This document shows positions 9,172 to 19,303 of a stretch of 32,000 nucleotides of DNA, piece after piece. The first letter of the stretch is position 1; each line of letters begins with the position of its first letter. The stretch is from Promethearchaeum syntrophicum (GTDB lineage Archaea; Asgardarchaeota; Lokiarchaeia; Sigyniarchaeales; Promethearchaeaceae), in assembly GCF_008000775.2 (NCBI RefSeq), contig NZ_CP042905.2, forward strand, positions 4,230,001-4,262,000, written 5' to 3'. The position numbers and the translations under genes are program-made. The notes below the pieces were generated by a model. It did not search any database. It had not been told where the DNA came from and was given only the letters and a program-made list of their open reading frames with translations.

Positions 9172-11040
9172 TTAAAAATTCGCATATTTCGTTAAACTAA
9201 GACGTTCAAGTTTTTCCGGAGATGGCATTCCAGTAATTGGATCCCAATCTTCATATTTATAAAACTCAGAGAAGAGCAATTCTTGGTCTGGAACTTTTCC
9301 TTCTGTTACCCCTTCTATTGGAGTTACTAAAATTTTAGGCAGTTTTTCATCTTTTGGAGAATGTCCCATTTTTAAATTGAACAAACGCTTTAACGATAAG
9401 ACTCTTTCTCCCGTAATCTTGATTCTTTCTACGTCATATGGCATTCCAGTGCCTAATTCGATAAGTTTTGCAAGGTTGCTGGCCGCTGGTTTAGCAAATA
9501 CACACATGTTGATTGAGGAAAAGAAAGCGCGATATTCCATAAGGCGTGCAGAATGTTTTGACATTTCTGAGCTATTTTCTAAAGCAGGGATCGATTGAAT
9601 GTCCATTTCAGAATGGGCTTGACCTAAGCTTGTTTGATACATGTCGCACGAACAATGACTTGCCCCATAATGAGGTGCAATTCCATATGCCATCGACATC
9701 CCAAAAGAAGAACGCGTATCATGGTAGGGTGGCTCAATATGTCGAATCGTAGCAATTTGTTCAGGATCGACATTAAAATGCTTTCCAACCGCATCAGATC
9801 CATCAGCCAATACATCTCCTATTCCTGATCGATTCGCAATTTTATTCAGTAACTGATAGACATTTTCCATATTACCCCATTCCATATTTAATCCATCGAC
9901 ATCTGAAGCAGTGATTGTTTTTCCATTATTATATAAATCCATAATCAAAGAGATCACGGAACTGGATGAAATGGTGTCAATTCCCAAATCATTGCACATA
10001 TAATTCGCTTTTATTATAGATTCCAAATTAGAATTCCCCAACATCGCTCCAAAACCGGCTATAGTTTCATATTCAGGTCCTTCAAATTGTCCTTCCGGAA
10101 CTTCTAAATCATTTTTTCCAAGTTCAATTATACGTCCACAACCAATCGGACATGCAAAGCAGTAGCGTTGTTTCTTCAGATATTTTTCTGCAATTGTAGC
10201 TCCTGATATATTATCTACTTCTTCAAACTTTGAGGTTCTATAATATTTTACTGGTAATTCTCCGGTAAGAGTATACATATTTATACCACCAGAAGTTCCT
10301 AATGCACCAAACATTTGTGCAGTAAAAACAGCTAATTGGGCTGTATTCACTTCTTTTACTAGTGCTTTGAATTCATCTGGGGATGCTAATTCTATTTTAT
10401 TTGAACCTTTAATAACGACCGCTTTTAGCTTTTTTGATCCCATCACGGCTCCAAGCCCTGTACGACCAAAAGCTCTCTCTTCACATCCTATTATTGAATA
10501 TTTGACTAAATTCTCTCCCGCTTGGCCAATAGCCATCACTTTTCCTAACTTAAATTCTTCCGGGGTTTTTAAAATTTTCGTGGTTTCTTCAATGCCTTTA
10601 CCCCATAATTGAGATGCATCTTTAATCTCCGCTTTTCCATCTAGAATTTCCAAATAAACAGGTTGGTCCGATGCACCATGAACCAAGATGCCATCATACC
10701 CAGCTCTTTTCATTTGTACCCCAATTTGTCCCCCAGTATTTGATTCAGCCCAAATGCCTGAAAGAGGTGATTTAGAACAAGCAACAACACGCCCAGTACA
10801 TATTCCTTTTGAACCAAGCAATGGTCCACTCATAAGAAATATAACGTTTTCCGGACCTAATGGATCTGTGTCTTTATTAATTTTAGATATCAAGCTAGCA
10901 CATGCATATCCTGCACCCCCCACAAAGAGTTCGGCAAGATTTTCATCTAATGGCGTAGTTTTGATTGTTTTAGTAGATAAATCAATTTCAAGAATTTTTC
11001 CCGTATATCCTTTCAAATTCGACATAATTTTTTTCTCCAT
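9172..11040 (-). CDS. aor: tungsten-containing aldehyde ferredoxin oxidoreductase family protein
   Basis: GKILEIDLSTK, GRTGLGAVMGSKKLKAV and CFACPIGCGR cluster-binding motifs. About 620 aa. Confidence 0.92.
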   Translation of the reverse strand: MEKKIMSNLKGYTGKILEIDLSTKTIKTTPLDENLAELFVGGAGYACASLISKINKDTDPLGPENVIFLMSGPLLGSKGICTGRVVACSKSPLSGIWAESNTGGQIGVQMKRAGYDGILVHGASDQPVYLEILDGKAEIKDASQLWGKGIEETTKILKTPEEFKLGKVMAIGQAGENLVKYSIIGCEERAFGRTGLGAVMGSKKLKAVVIKGSNKIELASPDEFKALVKEVNTAQLAVFTAQMFGALGTSGGINMYTLTGELPVKYYRTSKFEEVDNISGATIAEKYLKKQRYCFACPIGCGRIIELGKNDLEVPEGQFEGPEYETIAGFGAMLGNSNLESIIKANYMCNDLGIDTISSSSVISLIMDLYNNGKTITASDVDGLNMEWGNMENVYQLLNKIANRSGIGDVLADGSDAVGKHFNVDPEQIATIRHIEPPYHDTRSSFGMSMAYGIAPHYGASHCSCDMYQTSLGQAHSEMDIQSIPALENSSEMSKHSARLMEYRAFFSSINMCVFAKPAASNLAKLIELGTGMPYDVERIKITGERVLSLKRLFNLKMGHSPKDEKLPKILVTPIEGVTEGKVPDQELLFSEFYKYEDWDPITGMPSPEKLERLSLTKYANF

Positions 11041-11071
11041 CTTTTAAATTTGATATTTTTAAAAAAAATCA

Positions 11072-11470
11072 TTATTGGTAAAGTAATAAATTAGCAATCA
11101 TAAGCAGGCTGAATAGATTTCGCCCCCCTTTTTTTAATTCCCATCGAAAATGTCCAAAATCATTCTTCGTTAAGGTCATCTTCATTAAAGAATAATTTCC
11201 TGCAGAATACCACATTAAATCTTCAGGTTTAGCTTGAATTTGAAAATCATAGTCATCAATTTCTTCGTTTTTTAAAGTATAGCCCCCATCTTTTAAAATA
11301 AGAGAAATGTAAAGAAATTCTGTGGGGTATACGTGTAATTTGAAGCTAACTTTAAGATCTTTTTGAAGTTTTTTCTTCCATTTTGGGATCTCTTTTTTTT
11401 CTTCAATCGCACAGCTCACAATCTGTTTGAAGCTGTTAGAAAGATTTTCTATTTCATTTTTTTCCATCAT
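11072..11470 (-). CDS. hypothetical protein, possibly SCP2/sterol-carrier-like
   Basis: 132-aa ORF. The fold-like pattern with QAKPEDLMWYSAGNYS... is weakly reminiscent of SCP2 domains. Confidence 0.45.
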   Translation of the reverse strand: MMEKNEIENLSNSFKQIVSCAIEEKKEIPKWKKKLQKDLKVSFKLHVYPTEFLYISLILKDGGYTLKNEEIDDYDFQIQAKPEDLMWYSAGNYSLMKMTLTKNDFGHFRWELKKGGRNLFSLLMIANLLLYQ

Positions 11471-11602
11471 ATTCTATTTCATTTTCTATTTCTTTTTTTA
11501 TCCAAATAAATCTTATCAAGATAATTTCACTTCCTTACTATGGAAAATGACCTAAAACTTTATTTTATCTCGGAGAAATTTGAATTAGAGGTTTAATTAA
11601 AA

Positions 11603-12793
11603 ATGTGGTTTTTTGATTCACCGAAAATAATTTTCGGAGAAGATGCACTTTCCCATCTTGAACAAATTGAAGGAAAGAAATGCTTTATTGTAACCGATCT
11701 TGGAATAATTAAAGCGAAACTTTTAGATATTCTTACAGCGGTTTTGAAGGAAGCAGGAAAAGAATGGAAGGTATTTGATGAAGTAGAGTCAGATCCTAAA
11801 GAAGACACAATACTGAAGGGTGCAAAAATCTGCCAAGAATATAACCCAGATCTCATAATAGCATTAGGTGGTGGTTCTGCTATCGATGCAGCAAAAGGTA
11901 TCTGGATATTATATGAACGCCCTGAACTTCAAATTGATGATATGCACCCCTTTATCAAGCTTGGATTAGGTACCAAAGCAAAAATGATTGCTATACCCAC
12001 CACTAGTGGAACCGGTGCAGAAACAACTTGGGCAATTGTTATTACTCGAATAAGAGATGGAATCACTACTAAATTAGAACAAGCTAATCGAGAAGCAATT
12101 CCAACAATCGCTATTATAGACCCAATATTTACTAAAGATCTTCCAGCAAAATTAACCGCAGCTACTGCATTTGACGCGTTAGCTCACCTACTCGAAGGTT
12201 TGATTTCTGCTTGGAGAAATGATTTCAGTGATGGAATGTCTCTTAAAGCAATGGATCTGATTCGTACTTATCTTTATCGCGCATATAGCGACGGTCATGA
12301 TATGGAAGCAAGAGAGAAACTCCACAATGCTGCAACAATAGCAGGACTGGCTTTTGGAAATTCTCAAGCAATTATGGGGCATGCAATGGGGCATGTTTTA
12401 GGCGCAAATTTCCATATACATCATGGAATGGCAGTAGGACTCTTCTTACCTTATATTCTACAATATTGCATAAACGATCCAGATAATAATGAAACAAAGC
12501 TGATTCTTTCGAAATTCTCAAAAATGCAAGGAATTGCACTTTGGGCAGATTCTGATGATGTAGCGGTTCAAAAACTAATTCAAGATATAAAAAATATGCA
12601 GGAACAAGTTCATATTTCAAAATCTTTAAAAGAATTAGGGATTAAGAAAGAAGAATTTGAAGAAAAACTGGAATTAATGGGTAATCAATGCTTAGAATCC
12701 GCAAGTACAACGATGAGTCCTCGTTCTGCAACCTCTGATATATTCATGCGAATATTTAGCTATGCCTATGATGGAAAAGATATTGATTTCTAA
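11603..12793 (+). CDS. iron-containing alcohol dehydrogenase
   Basis: ALGGGSAIDAAKG, IPTTSGTGAE, FDALAHLLEG and MGHAMGHVLGANFHIHHG motifs. Confidence 0.93.
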   Translation: MWFFDSPKIIFGEDALSHLEQIEGKKCFIVTDLGIIKAKLLDILTAVLKEAGKEWKVFDEVESDPKEDTILKGAKICQEYNPDLIIALGGGSAIDAAKGIWILYERPELQIDDMHPFIKLGLGTKAKMIAIPTTSGTGAETTWAIVITRIRDGITTKLEQANREAIPTIAIIDPIFTKDLPAKLTAATAFDALAHLLEGLISAWRNDFSDGMSLKAMDLIRTYLYRAYSDGHDMEAREKLHNAATIAGLAFGNSQAIMGHAMGHVLGANFHIHHGMAVGLFLPYILQYCINDPDNNETKLILSKFSKMQGIALWADSDDVAVQKLIQDIKNMQEQVHISKSLKELGIKKEEFEEKLELMGNQCLESASTTMSPRSATSDIFMRIFSYAYDGKDIDF

Positions 12794-12869
12794 TATTTTT
12801 ACATTAATTTTTTTTTAATAAGTAACGAAGCTTAAAAAAACAAAAACAATTTTAGAATAGTGAAATAAA

Positions 12870-13280
12870 ATGGGATTAAAATTTGGAACACAAGAATGGC
12901 TTGATGAATACAGAAAAGTATTGAATGAAAATAAAGCCTACGAAGATGCTGCAAAGACTTGGGAAGGGGATTTCATATTTATTGTTAAACCAAGTGGAGG
13001 ATTAGATCATGAACTTAGATTTTGGATTGATTTACATCATGGAAAAAGCCCTGGTGGTAAAATGCTTGCCCCAGGCGAGGAAAAAGAAGCAGCTTTCGTT
13101 TTTTCAGGACCATGGACAAATTTTCATAAATTAATTCAGAAGAAACTTGATCCAATTCAAGGTCTTATGCAGGGAAAATTTGCTTTAAAGGGCGATATGG
13201 GCAAAGTAATGAGAGCTGTACGTGCGGCTCAAGAGTTAGTTAACACGATTTTAATGATCGATACAGAAGTCTACGATTGA
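12870..13280 (+). CDS. SCP2 sterol-binding domain protein
   Basis: FIVKPSGGLDHELRFWIDLHHGK and LDPIQGLMQGKFALKGDMGKVMR, typical of SCP2 C-termini. Confidence 0.7.
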   Translation: MGLKFGTQEWLDEYRKVLNENKAYEDAAKTWEGDFIFIVKPSGGLDHELRFWIDLHHGKSPGGKMLAPGEEKEAAFVFSGPWTNFHKLIQKKLDPIQGLMQGKFALKGDMGKVMRAVRAAQELVNTILMIDTEVYD

Positions 13281-13509
13281 ATACCATTTATACATATCAA
13301 ATTCAATTTTTTTCTATTTATTTCTGAGCTTTTATAATTTTCAAATCTTTTCAAAACCAAATTTTGCTGAAATAGATAAGAATAACATTTAAAATAATAA
13401 TTCTCATACTAGTTCTAAGTAGAAATTTAGGGAAAATATTCATACTTTATTGAAATATATAACGAATTTTCTTGTATTTCGATTGAGTTCAAATTAGGGA
13501 ACGTGTAAA

Positions 13510-14565
13510 ATGGTCACATCTCAAAAAATTAGGGTTGGAATTCCCAGAGCATTACTTTACTATAAATTTTTTCCAATGTGGACAACATTTTTTGAAGAAC
13601 TAGGAGCAGAAGTTATTGTTTCGCCCAAAACTACTAAAATTTTGAAAGATGTGGCAGTTAGTATAGCCCCTGATGAAGATTGCTATTCCTCAAAGCTCTA
13701 CTACGGTCATGTGATGGCGCTTAAGGATAAAGTTGATTGTTTTTTCATACCAAGATTCAGTAGTGGAGGTTTCGGGAAAGGACATGAGAAAAATGTAAGC
13801 TGTCCTAAATTTATAGGTTTGGCTGAAGTTCTTCGTTCGGTTTTTCCTGATTTACCGGAAATTATAATGCCATATTTCTCCACTGCAAAAAATAATCATG
13901 GAAAAATGAAATTTCTTAAATATTGTTTTTCTATCGGATCTAAATTCACTAGAAATCCATTCAGAATAAGAACTGCAATAAAAAAAGCATTAAAAGAACA
14001 AAAAGAGCATTATCAGCATATACAAATTAGTGTGGATGAACTTCAGAAGTGGGAACGTTCAGAAATAATATTAAATGAGATTCCAGATGTTGAAGAAGGA
14101 GATGTTCCATTAAAGGTTGCGATTGTAGGTCACTCATATGTACTCAATGATCCTTATCAATCAATAGGTATAATGAAGAAATTAACAAGTCATGGGGTTG
14201 ATTATATTACATCAGAGCAAATGCCACGTCGACTTGTTGAACAACAAATGGACTACCTTGAATCTAACATGTATTTCGAATATGAACGAGAAATAATCGG
14301 GACTGTTATGCATTTTCTGGAGAGTAAAACAATAGATGGGATATTGCATTTAATAATATTCTCATGTGGACCAGATTCTATTGGTGGAGAACTATGTTCT
14401 CGATTTTCTCGACGAAAACCGGAAGTACCATTATTACAATTAGTAATTGATGAGCACACAGGAGAAGCAGGATTAAATACAAGAATTGAAGCATTTATTG
14501 ATATGCTCAGAAGAAGAAAGATTATCAAAGAAAAAAAAATAAGGAGAAAAATTGAATGCCTATAA
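13510..14565 (+). CDS. DUF2229 / 2-hydroxyacyl-CoA dehydratase-like subunit (CoA-activase related)
   Basis: VGIPRALLYYKFFPMWTTFFEELG, CYSSKLYYGH and VIDEHTGEAGLNTRIEAFIDML. Confidence 0.8.
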   Translation: MVTSQKIRVGIPRALLYYKFFPMWTTFFEELGAEVIVSPKTTKILKDVAVSIAPDEDCYSSKLYYGHVMALKDKVDCFFIPRFSSGGFGKGHEKNVSCPKFIGLAEVLRSVFPDLPEIIMPYFSTAKNNHGKMKFLKYCFSIGSKFTRNPFRIRTAIKKALKEQKEHYQHIQISVDELQKWERSEIILNEIPDVEEGDVPLKVAIVGHSYVLNDPYQSIGIMKKLTSHGVDYITSEQMPRRLVEQQMDYLESNMYFEYEREIIGTVMHFLESKTIDGILHLIIFSCGPDSIGGELCSRFSRRKPEVPLLQLVIDEHTGEAGLNTRIEAFIDMLRRRKIIKEKKIRRKIECL

Positions 14566-15704
14566 CATTTCCTCACTTCGGATCTTTAACTTATGTTTTT
14601 GAAACACTTTTACGGGAATTAGGTCAAGACGATCTGATTGTCCCAAATAAACCAAGCAAAAGAACAGCAGAATTAGGAACTAGATATTCGCCTGAATTTG
14701 TTTGCACCCCATTTAAAATTACTTTGGGAACGTTTATTGAATCATTAGAAAGAGGAGCCGATGTGTTGGGAATGGGAGGGTGCAATGCGTATTGTCGCTT
14801 TGGCTATTATTGGCCCGTTCAAAAGCTTATCTTGGAAGATTTGGGTTATGATTTTAGATTTATTGCCATAGATTATGAAGATCCAATGGCCATTTTACGC
14901 ACTTTAAAAAATGAAAGCGATGGGTATAGTTATTTACAAACCCTTAGGGCACTTCAAAAAACTTGGGTGAAAAATCGATTTACGGATTTAGTTGATAAAC
15001 TACTGTGTAAATATCGTGCAATAGAAAGTATAAAAGGTACAACGGATCGGGTTGCAGAAAAAGCCTTTAGAACCATTGTGGAAACAAAAGGAATGGTGAA
15101 TATCCGCAAGTTGAAAAAAACAATCCCGAAGATGTTTGAAAAGGAAATTGAAATCGATAAATCGCTGGATCCATTGAAAATTGCAATTATTGGAGAGATT
15201 TATGTTGTCTTCGAACCTGCATTGAATGTTGATGTTCATCGGAGGTTAAATGAGTTAGGAGTGATAGTTGAAACACCAGCCTCCTTAAGGAGATTTATCG
15301 ATATCGGCTATAAATTAAATCCATTCTTAAAATTACACCGTGAAGTTTCAGTGAAAATAGCAGAACCATATTTAGGATATCGGTGTGGGGGAGAAGCCCA
15401 GGAATCAATTGGGGATACAATTTATTATAAACGAAAAGGATGGGACGGAATGGTACATTTGTACCCTTTTACTTGTATGCCTGAGATCATTTCAAGGAGT
15501 ATATTACCGCAAATTAGCAAAGAGTACGATATGCCCGTTCTTTCCCTTGTAGTAGATGAGCAAACAGGGGAAGCGGGATTTCAAACCCGATTAGAAGCTT
15601 TTATTGATTTGCTTTACAGAAAACGAGAAAAAGATAGAGAAGGAAAAATAATTAAGTCTAGTTTGAAACAAAATTTAACCATTCAATCAGTATATGGAGG
15701 ATGA
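14556..15704 (+). CDS. 2-hydroxyacyl-CoA dehydratase-like / CoA-activase-related protein, paralog of the upstream ORF
   Basis: FVCTPFKITLG, GCNAYCRFGYYWPVQ, YLGYRCGGEAQE and VVDEQTGEAGFQTRLEAFIDLL. Start overlaps the upstream ORF. Confidence 0.8.
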   Translation: MPITFPHFGSLTYVFETLLRELGQDDLIVPNKPSKRTAELGTRYSPEFVCTPFKITLGTFIESLERGADVLGMGGCNAYCRFGYYWPVQKLILEDLGYDFRFIAIDYEDPMAILRTLKNESDGYSYLQTLRALQKTWVKNRFTDLVDKLLCKYRAIESIKGTTDRVAEKAFRTIVETKGMVNIRKLKKTIPKMFEKEIEIDKSLDPLKIAIIGEIYVVFEPALNVDVHRRLNELGVIVETPASLRRFIDIGYKLNPFLKLHREVSVKIAEPYLGYRCGGEAQESIGDTIYYKRKGWDGMVHLYPFTCMPEIISRSILPQISKEYDMPVLSLVVDEQTGEAGFQTRLEAFIDLLYRKREKDREGKIIKSSLKQNLTIQSVYGG

Positions 15705-16738
15705 AGCAAGTGGAATTCAATGGAAAACATTATTATCTGGGTGTTGATGTAGGTTCAATAAGCACTAACTTGGCCGTAATTAATGATGAAAGAGAAGTTA
15801 TAGAATCGGTATATATACGAACAGAAGGTAAACCCATCAAATCTATTCAACGAGGTATGGCAATTCTACGTGAAAAATTAGGAATAGATTTAAAAATTAC
15901 AGGAGCTGGAGCAACAGGAAGTGCACGGAAATTAACGGGGATGATAGTTGGAGCAGATATTGTTAAAAACGAAATCACCGCTCATTCACTGGCTTCATTA
16001 CATGAAAGAGATGATATCCAAACAATAATCGAAATTGGCGGTCAAGATAGTAAAATTATTATAATTCGAAATGGAGTTGCTATAGATTTTGCCATGAATA
16101 CTGTTTGTGCCGCGGGAACTGGATCATTTCTTGATACTCAGGCACGAAGATTGAAAATAAAAATTGAAGATTTTGGCGGAATTGCTTTAAAATCTCACAC
16201 AGCAGTTTCGATTGCAGGGAGATGCACTGTTTTTGCAGAAAGCGATATGATCCATAAACAACAGTTGGGACATCCACTTGAAGATATTCTTAAAGGTCTG
16301 TGTGAATCTATGGTTCGGAATTATCTTAATAATGTTGGAAAAGGAAAAGAAATTCTCCCCCCTATTATGTTTCAGGGAGGGGTTGCTGCAAATATTGGAA
16401 TTCGCGAGGCTTTTAAGAAATATTTAAAACACGATGTTTTCGTGCCTGAACACTATGATGTAATGGGAGCTATTGGTGCAGCGATATTGGCATTGGAAGA
16501 GATAGAAAGGCGACCACGCAAATCTTCATTTTATGGATGGAAAATCCCAGATATGACATTTAAAACAGTTGGTTTTGAATGTTCTGATTGTCCAAATGTT
16601 TGTGAAGTTGTTGAAATTCGAAAAAATGGAGATCTTTTGGCTCGATGGGGTTCAAAATGCGGTAAATGGGACGATTTAGCTATTGTTCACGAAGAAAAAT
16701 CCAGAACATTGGAGAATTTTATTGTGGGTTCAGATTAG
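15701..16738 (+). CDS. BadF/BadG/BcrA/BcrD-type ATPase (acyl-CoA dehydratase activase, ASKHA fold)
   Basis: YLGVDVGSISTNLAVI, TGAGATGS, IIEIGGQDSK, CAAGTGSFLDTQARRL and FQGGVAANIG. ATGA overlap with the preceding gene. Confidence 0.92.
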   Translation: MKQVEFNGKHYYLGVDVGSISTNLAVINDEREVIESVYIRTEGKPIKSIQRGMAILREKLGIDLKITGAGATGSARKLTGMIVGADIVKNEITAHSLASLHERDDIQTIIEIGGQDSKIIIIRNGVAIDFAMNTVCAAGTGSFLDTQARRLKIKIEDFGGIALKSHTAVSIAGRCTVFAESDMIHKQQLGHPLEDILKGLCESMVRNYLNNVGKGKEILPPIMFQGGVAANIGIREAFKKYLKHDVFVPEHYDVMGAIGAAILALEEIERRPRKSSFYGWKIPDMTFKTVGFECSDCPNVCEVVEIRKNGDLLARWGSKCGKWDDLAIVHEEKSRTLENFIVGSD

Positions 16739-16805
16739 TTATTTTTTTTCTATTTGAAAAAGCATAAAATTTTGTTATATCCATCACTGATTTTATTGAG
16801 AATTA

Positions 16806-17693
16806 ATGACTGCAAACCATCAATTAGATTTAAAATCAGAAATTAAATCAATTCAGAAAAAGTATAAAATCATTGGGCGGGAAAAAGAACTTCTGCTTTT
16901 ACTTATAGCATTGAGAGCAAAAAAACATATTATTCTTGAAGGTAGTGTTGGAACTGGGAAGACCTATTTAGCGCGCGCGCTTTCACACTATTCAAATGCT
17001 AATTTTTATCGCGTAGATGGTTCTGAGGATGTTTTAAGCCATGTTTTAGTTGGTTATTTCGATCCCCCTGCAGTAATAAATAAAGGATATGTGGAAGATT
17101 CATTTATATACGGTCCATTATCCTTAGCCATGCAAAATGGAGGATGTTTATTCATTAATGAATTAAATAGGATCCCTGAAGGCACGCAAAATGTTTTATT
17201 ATCAGCTTTAGACGAACACGAATTAATTATACCTAAATTAAAAACCATATCAGCTAATAAAAAAAATGGTTTTATTACAATTGCAACGCAAAATCCTTCC
17301 GCTCATGTTGGCGTTTCTGCTTTGGGGGAGGCATTAAAAGATAGATTTGTTTGGGTTGAAATTGATTATCAATATGAACATGAAGAAATTGATATTGTAA
17401 AATTAAATTTGGATAATGAATTACCACACAGCAATTTAATCGCAACCATTGCCGTAAAAATAATTGATGCAACTCGGACCCATCCAGATTTCAGAAGAGG
17501 GGCATCAGTTCGAGGAGCAATTGATCTTGCACAATTAGCCCAAGCATATGAAAAACAACCCAGTGCAAGATTTTGGCAAGATTCTGCAATCATGGCACTT
17601 CATTCAAAGGTAGAACTAACTGACGGGACCGATAGAAATATTCGAGAGATTTTAATTGAAATTGTAAATGAAATTTTTGAAAATTTTCAATAA
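16806..17693 (+). CDS. MoxR-family AAA+ ATPase
   Basis: LEGSVGTGKTYLARA Walker A, GGCLFINELNRIPEGTQNVLLSALDE Walker B/sensor region, IATQNP. Confidence 0.93.
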   Translation: MTANHQLDLKSEIKSIQKKYKIIGREKELLLLLIALRAKKHIILEGSVGTGKTYLARALSHYSNANFYRVDGSEDVLSHVLVGYFDPPAVINKGYVEDSFIYGPLSLAMQNGGCLFINELNRIPEGTQNVLLSALDEHELIIPKLKTISANKKNGFITIATQNPSAHVGVSALGEALKDRFVWVEIDYQYEHEEIDIVKLNLDNELPHSNLIATIAVKIIDATRTHPDFRRGASVRGAIDLAQLAQAYEKQPSARFWQDSAIMALHSKVELTDGTDRNIREILIEIVNEIFENFQ

Positions 17694-17743
17694 CGGCTGA
17701 GAACACCGAAAGTTTAGAACCCGATGAAGCCAAGAGTGAAAGA

Positions 17744-18811
17744 TTGAGATTTTCAAATCTCACAGCAACCGATCTTCTAAAATATGAGATTTTACAAAAG
17801 AGAGTCAATAAGAGAAAATATTCTAAATTAGCGAAGGATATTGGATTTAATGAAATTAAAAGTATGACGGGTTTGTCGATCAGAGAAGGAAATATTGAAG
17901 CCTTAATGGGAATGGCTCAATCAAATATATATGCGGTAACTGCAGAGCTCCAGAAATCAGAATACAATCAATTTTTCTCCCAAAAATTTAAAAACAGACA
18001 AGATTCTTTCATTCCTTTTTTGTATTTCATGGTTAGACCACATGCACCTCGATCTTTTAAAATTATGCTCCAAAAACTAACCCGATCAATAATTCTGAGA
18101 CACTCACTTAATATTTCCGGAAGAGGCTCTTATGGAAAAGCCCGTCATCGTATAAAATTTTATCCAGGAATCCAAGAATTTGATTTAGATCAGACCTTGT
18201 TTAATTATCTCCAAAATGGAAACAAAATTCTCAGATTTTCTGATATTATTGGTATAGAAAGAAGGCAAAGGAAACGAAGTGTTGTTCTAATACTTGATAC
18301 TTCAGGTTCCATGTTTGGAAAGTTACTTCTAAATGCTGCTTTAACGACCTCAGTTCTAACCTACGCCTTATCTAAAGATTTCACTTCAATTATACTATTT
18401 AATTCTAAATCCTTGGTTCTCAAAGAAATAAAAACACAGAATAATACAACTCGCTTAATCGACCAGATATTGGAAACGGAAGCAGTCGGGTTTACAAATA
18501 TATCATCGGGGTTAAAAAAAGGTCTAAAAGAGTTAAATAAAATAGAAAGTGTTAGAAAAAAAGTGGGGATTCTTATAACTGATGGTGACTTCAATCGGGG
18601 AAAGGACCCGGCAATGATTGCCACTAAATTTCCCAAACTTCACGTAATCAATATCCCTCCCGAATCTCAAAAAATAACATCGAAAAAGACTCAGTCTCGG
18701 GGTCAGCTTGTTTGTCAAAAAATCGCCCGAGCTGGTCGAGGCTATTATATTCCAGTAAAAAATTTCTCAGATATTCCACGAACTCTGATGAAATTGATTT
18801 CAAAGATCTAA
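17744..18811 (+). CDS. VWA-domain protein (MoxR partner, CoxE-like)
   Basis: LILDTSGSM MIDAS, GFTNISSGLKKGL and ILITDGD. Starts at a TTG, so the exact start is uncertain. Confidence 0.88.
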   Translation: MRFSNLTATDLLKYEILQKRVNKRKYSKLAKDIGFNEIKSMTGLSIREGNIEALMGMAQSNIYAVTAELQKSEYNQFFSQKFKNRQDSFIPFLYFMVRPHAPRSFKIMLQKLTRSIILRHSLNISGRGSYGKARHRIKFYPGIQEFDLDQTLFNYLQNGNKILRFSDIIGIERRQRKRSVVLILDTSGSMFGKLLLNAALTTSVLTYALSKDFTSIILFNSKSLVLKEIKTQNNTTRLIDQILETEAVGFTNISSGLKKGLKELNKIESVRKKVGILITDGDFNRGKDPAMIATKFPKLHVINIPPESQKITSKKTQSRGQLVCQKIARAGRGYYIPVKNFSDIPRTLMKLISKI

Positions 18812-19188
18812 TTACTTAATTTTTCCCATTTAGCGAATAATTTCACTAGGAGGAAAATCACCAGAGCTACTATAAAAAACGTTAAAATAGTTCCTAAGAA
18901 GTGTCCCATACGGAATGGGCCAAGCATCCATTCTTCCCAAGCTAAATCGGCAGGGAGTCCATATTCAATGAGTGGCATTATCAAGTCATCAACAACCGCG
19001 TTAATGACATTTCCAACATAAATTCCCATAATAAACGCGATAGCCATCCCAAAAACTTTATATTTTTTTAAAAATGCTTTGAAATCTTCTCGAAAGTTTT
19101 TTGGTACGGGTACTGGCTTAGGGGTCAGCAATTCCTTAATTTTAGTTAATTCTTCAATCATTTTTTCTTCATTTGACAAAATTTTCAC
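18808..19188 (-). CDS. mscL: large-conductance mechanosensitive channel
   Basis: FKAFLKKYKVFGMAIAFIMGIYVGNVINAVVDDLIMP and a second transmembrane segment. Confidence 0.85.
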   Translation of the reverse strand: MKILSNEEKMIEELTKIKELLTPKPVPVPKNFREDFKAFLKKYKVFGMAIAFIMGIYVGNVINAVVDDLIMPLIEYGLPADLAWEEWMLGPFRMGHFLGTILTFFIVALVIFLLVKLFAKWEKLSN

Positions 19189-19303
19189 CTAACCGATTTA
19201 AATTGATCCTTTCTTAATTTAAATCTTTATTATCGAAAACAGCTTGATTTGAAATAGATAAAAACTTCAAAAAAAAAATAAATTATAAAACCAATTAAAA
19301 AAC

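Noticed and set aside
16975-16987. GCGCGCGCGC run
   Set aside because: Sits within the conserved MoxR Walker A region coding for ARALS. No evidence of a separate function.
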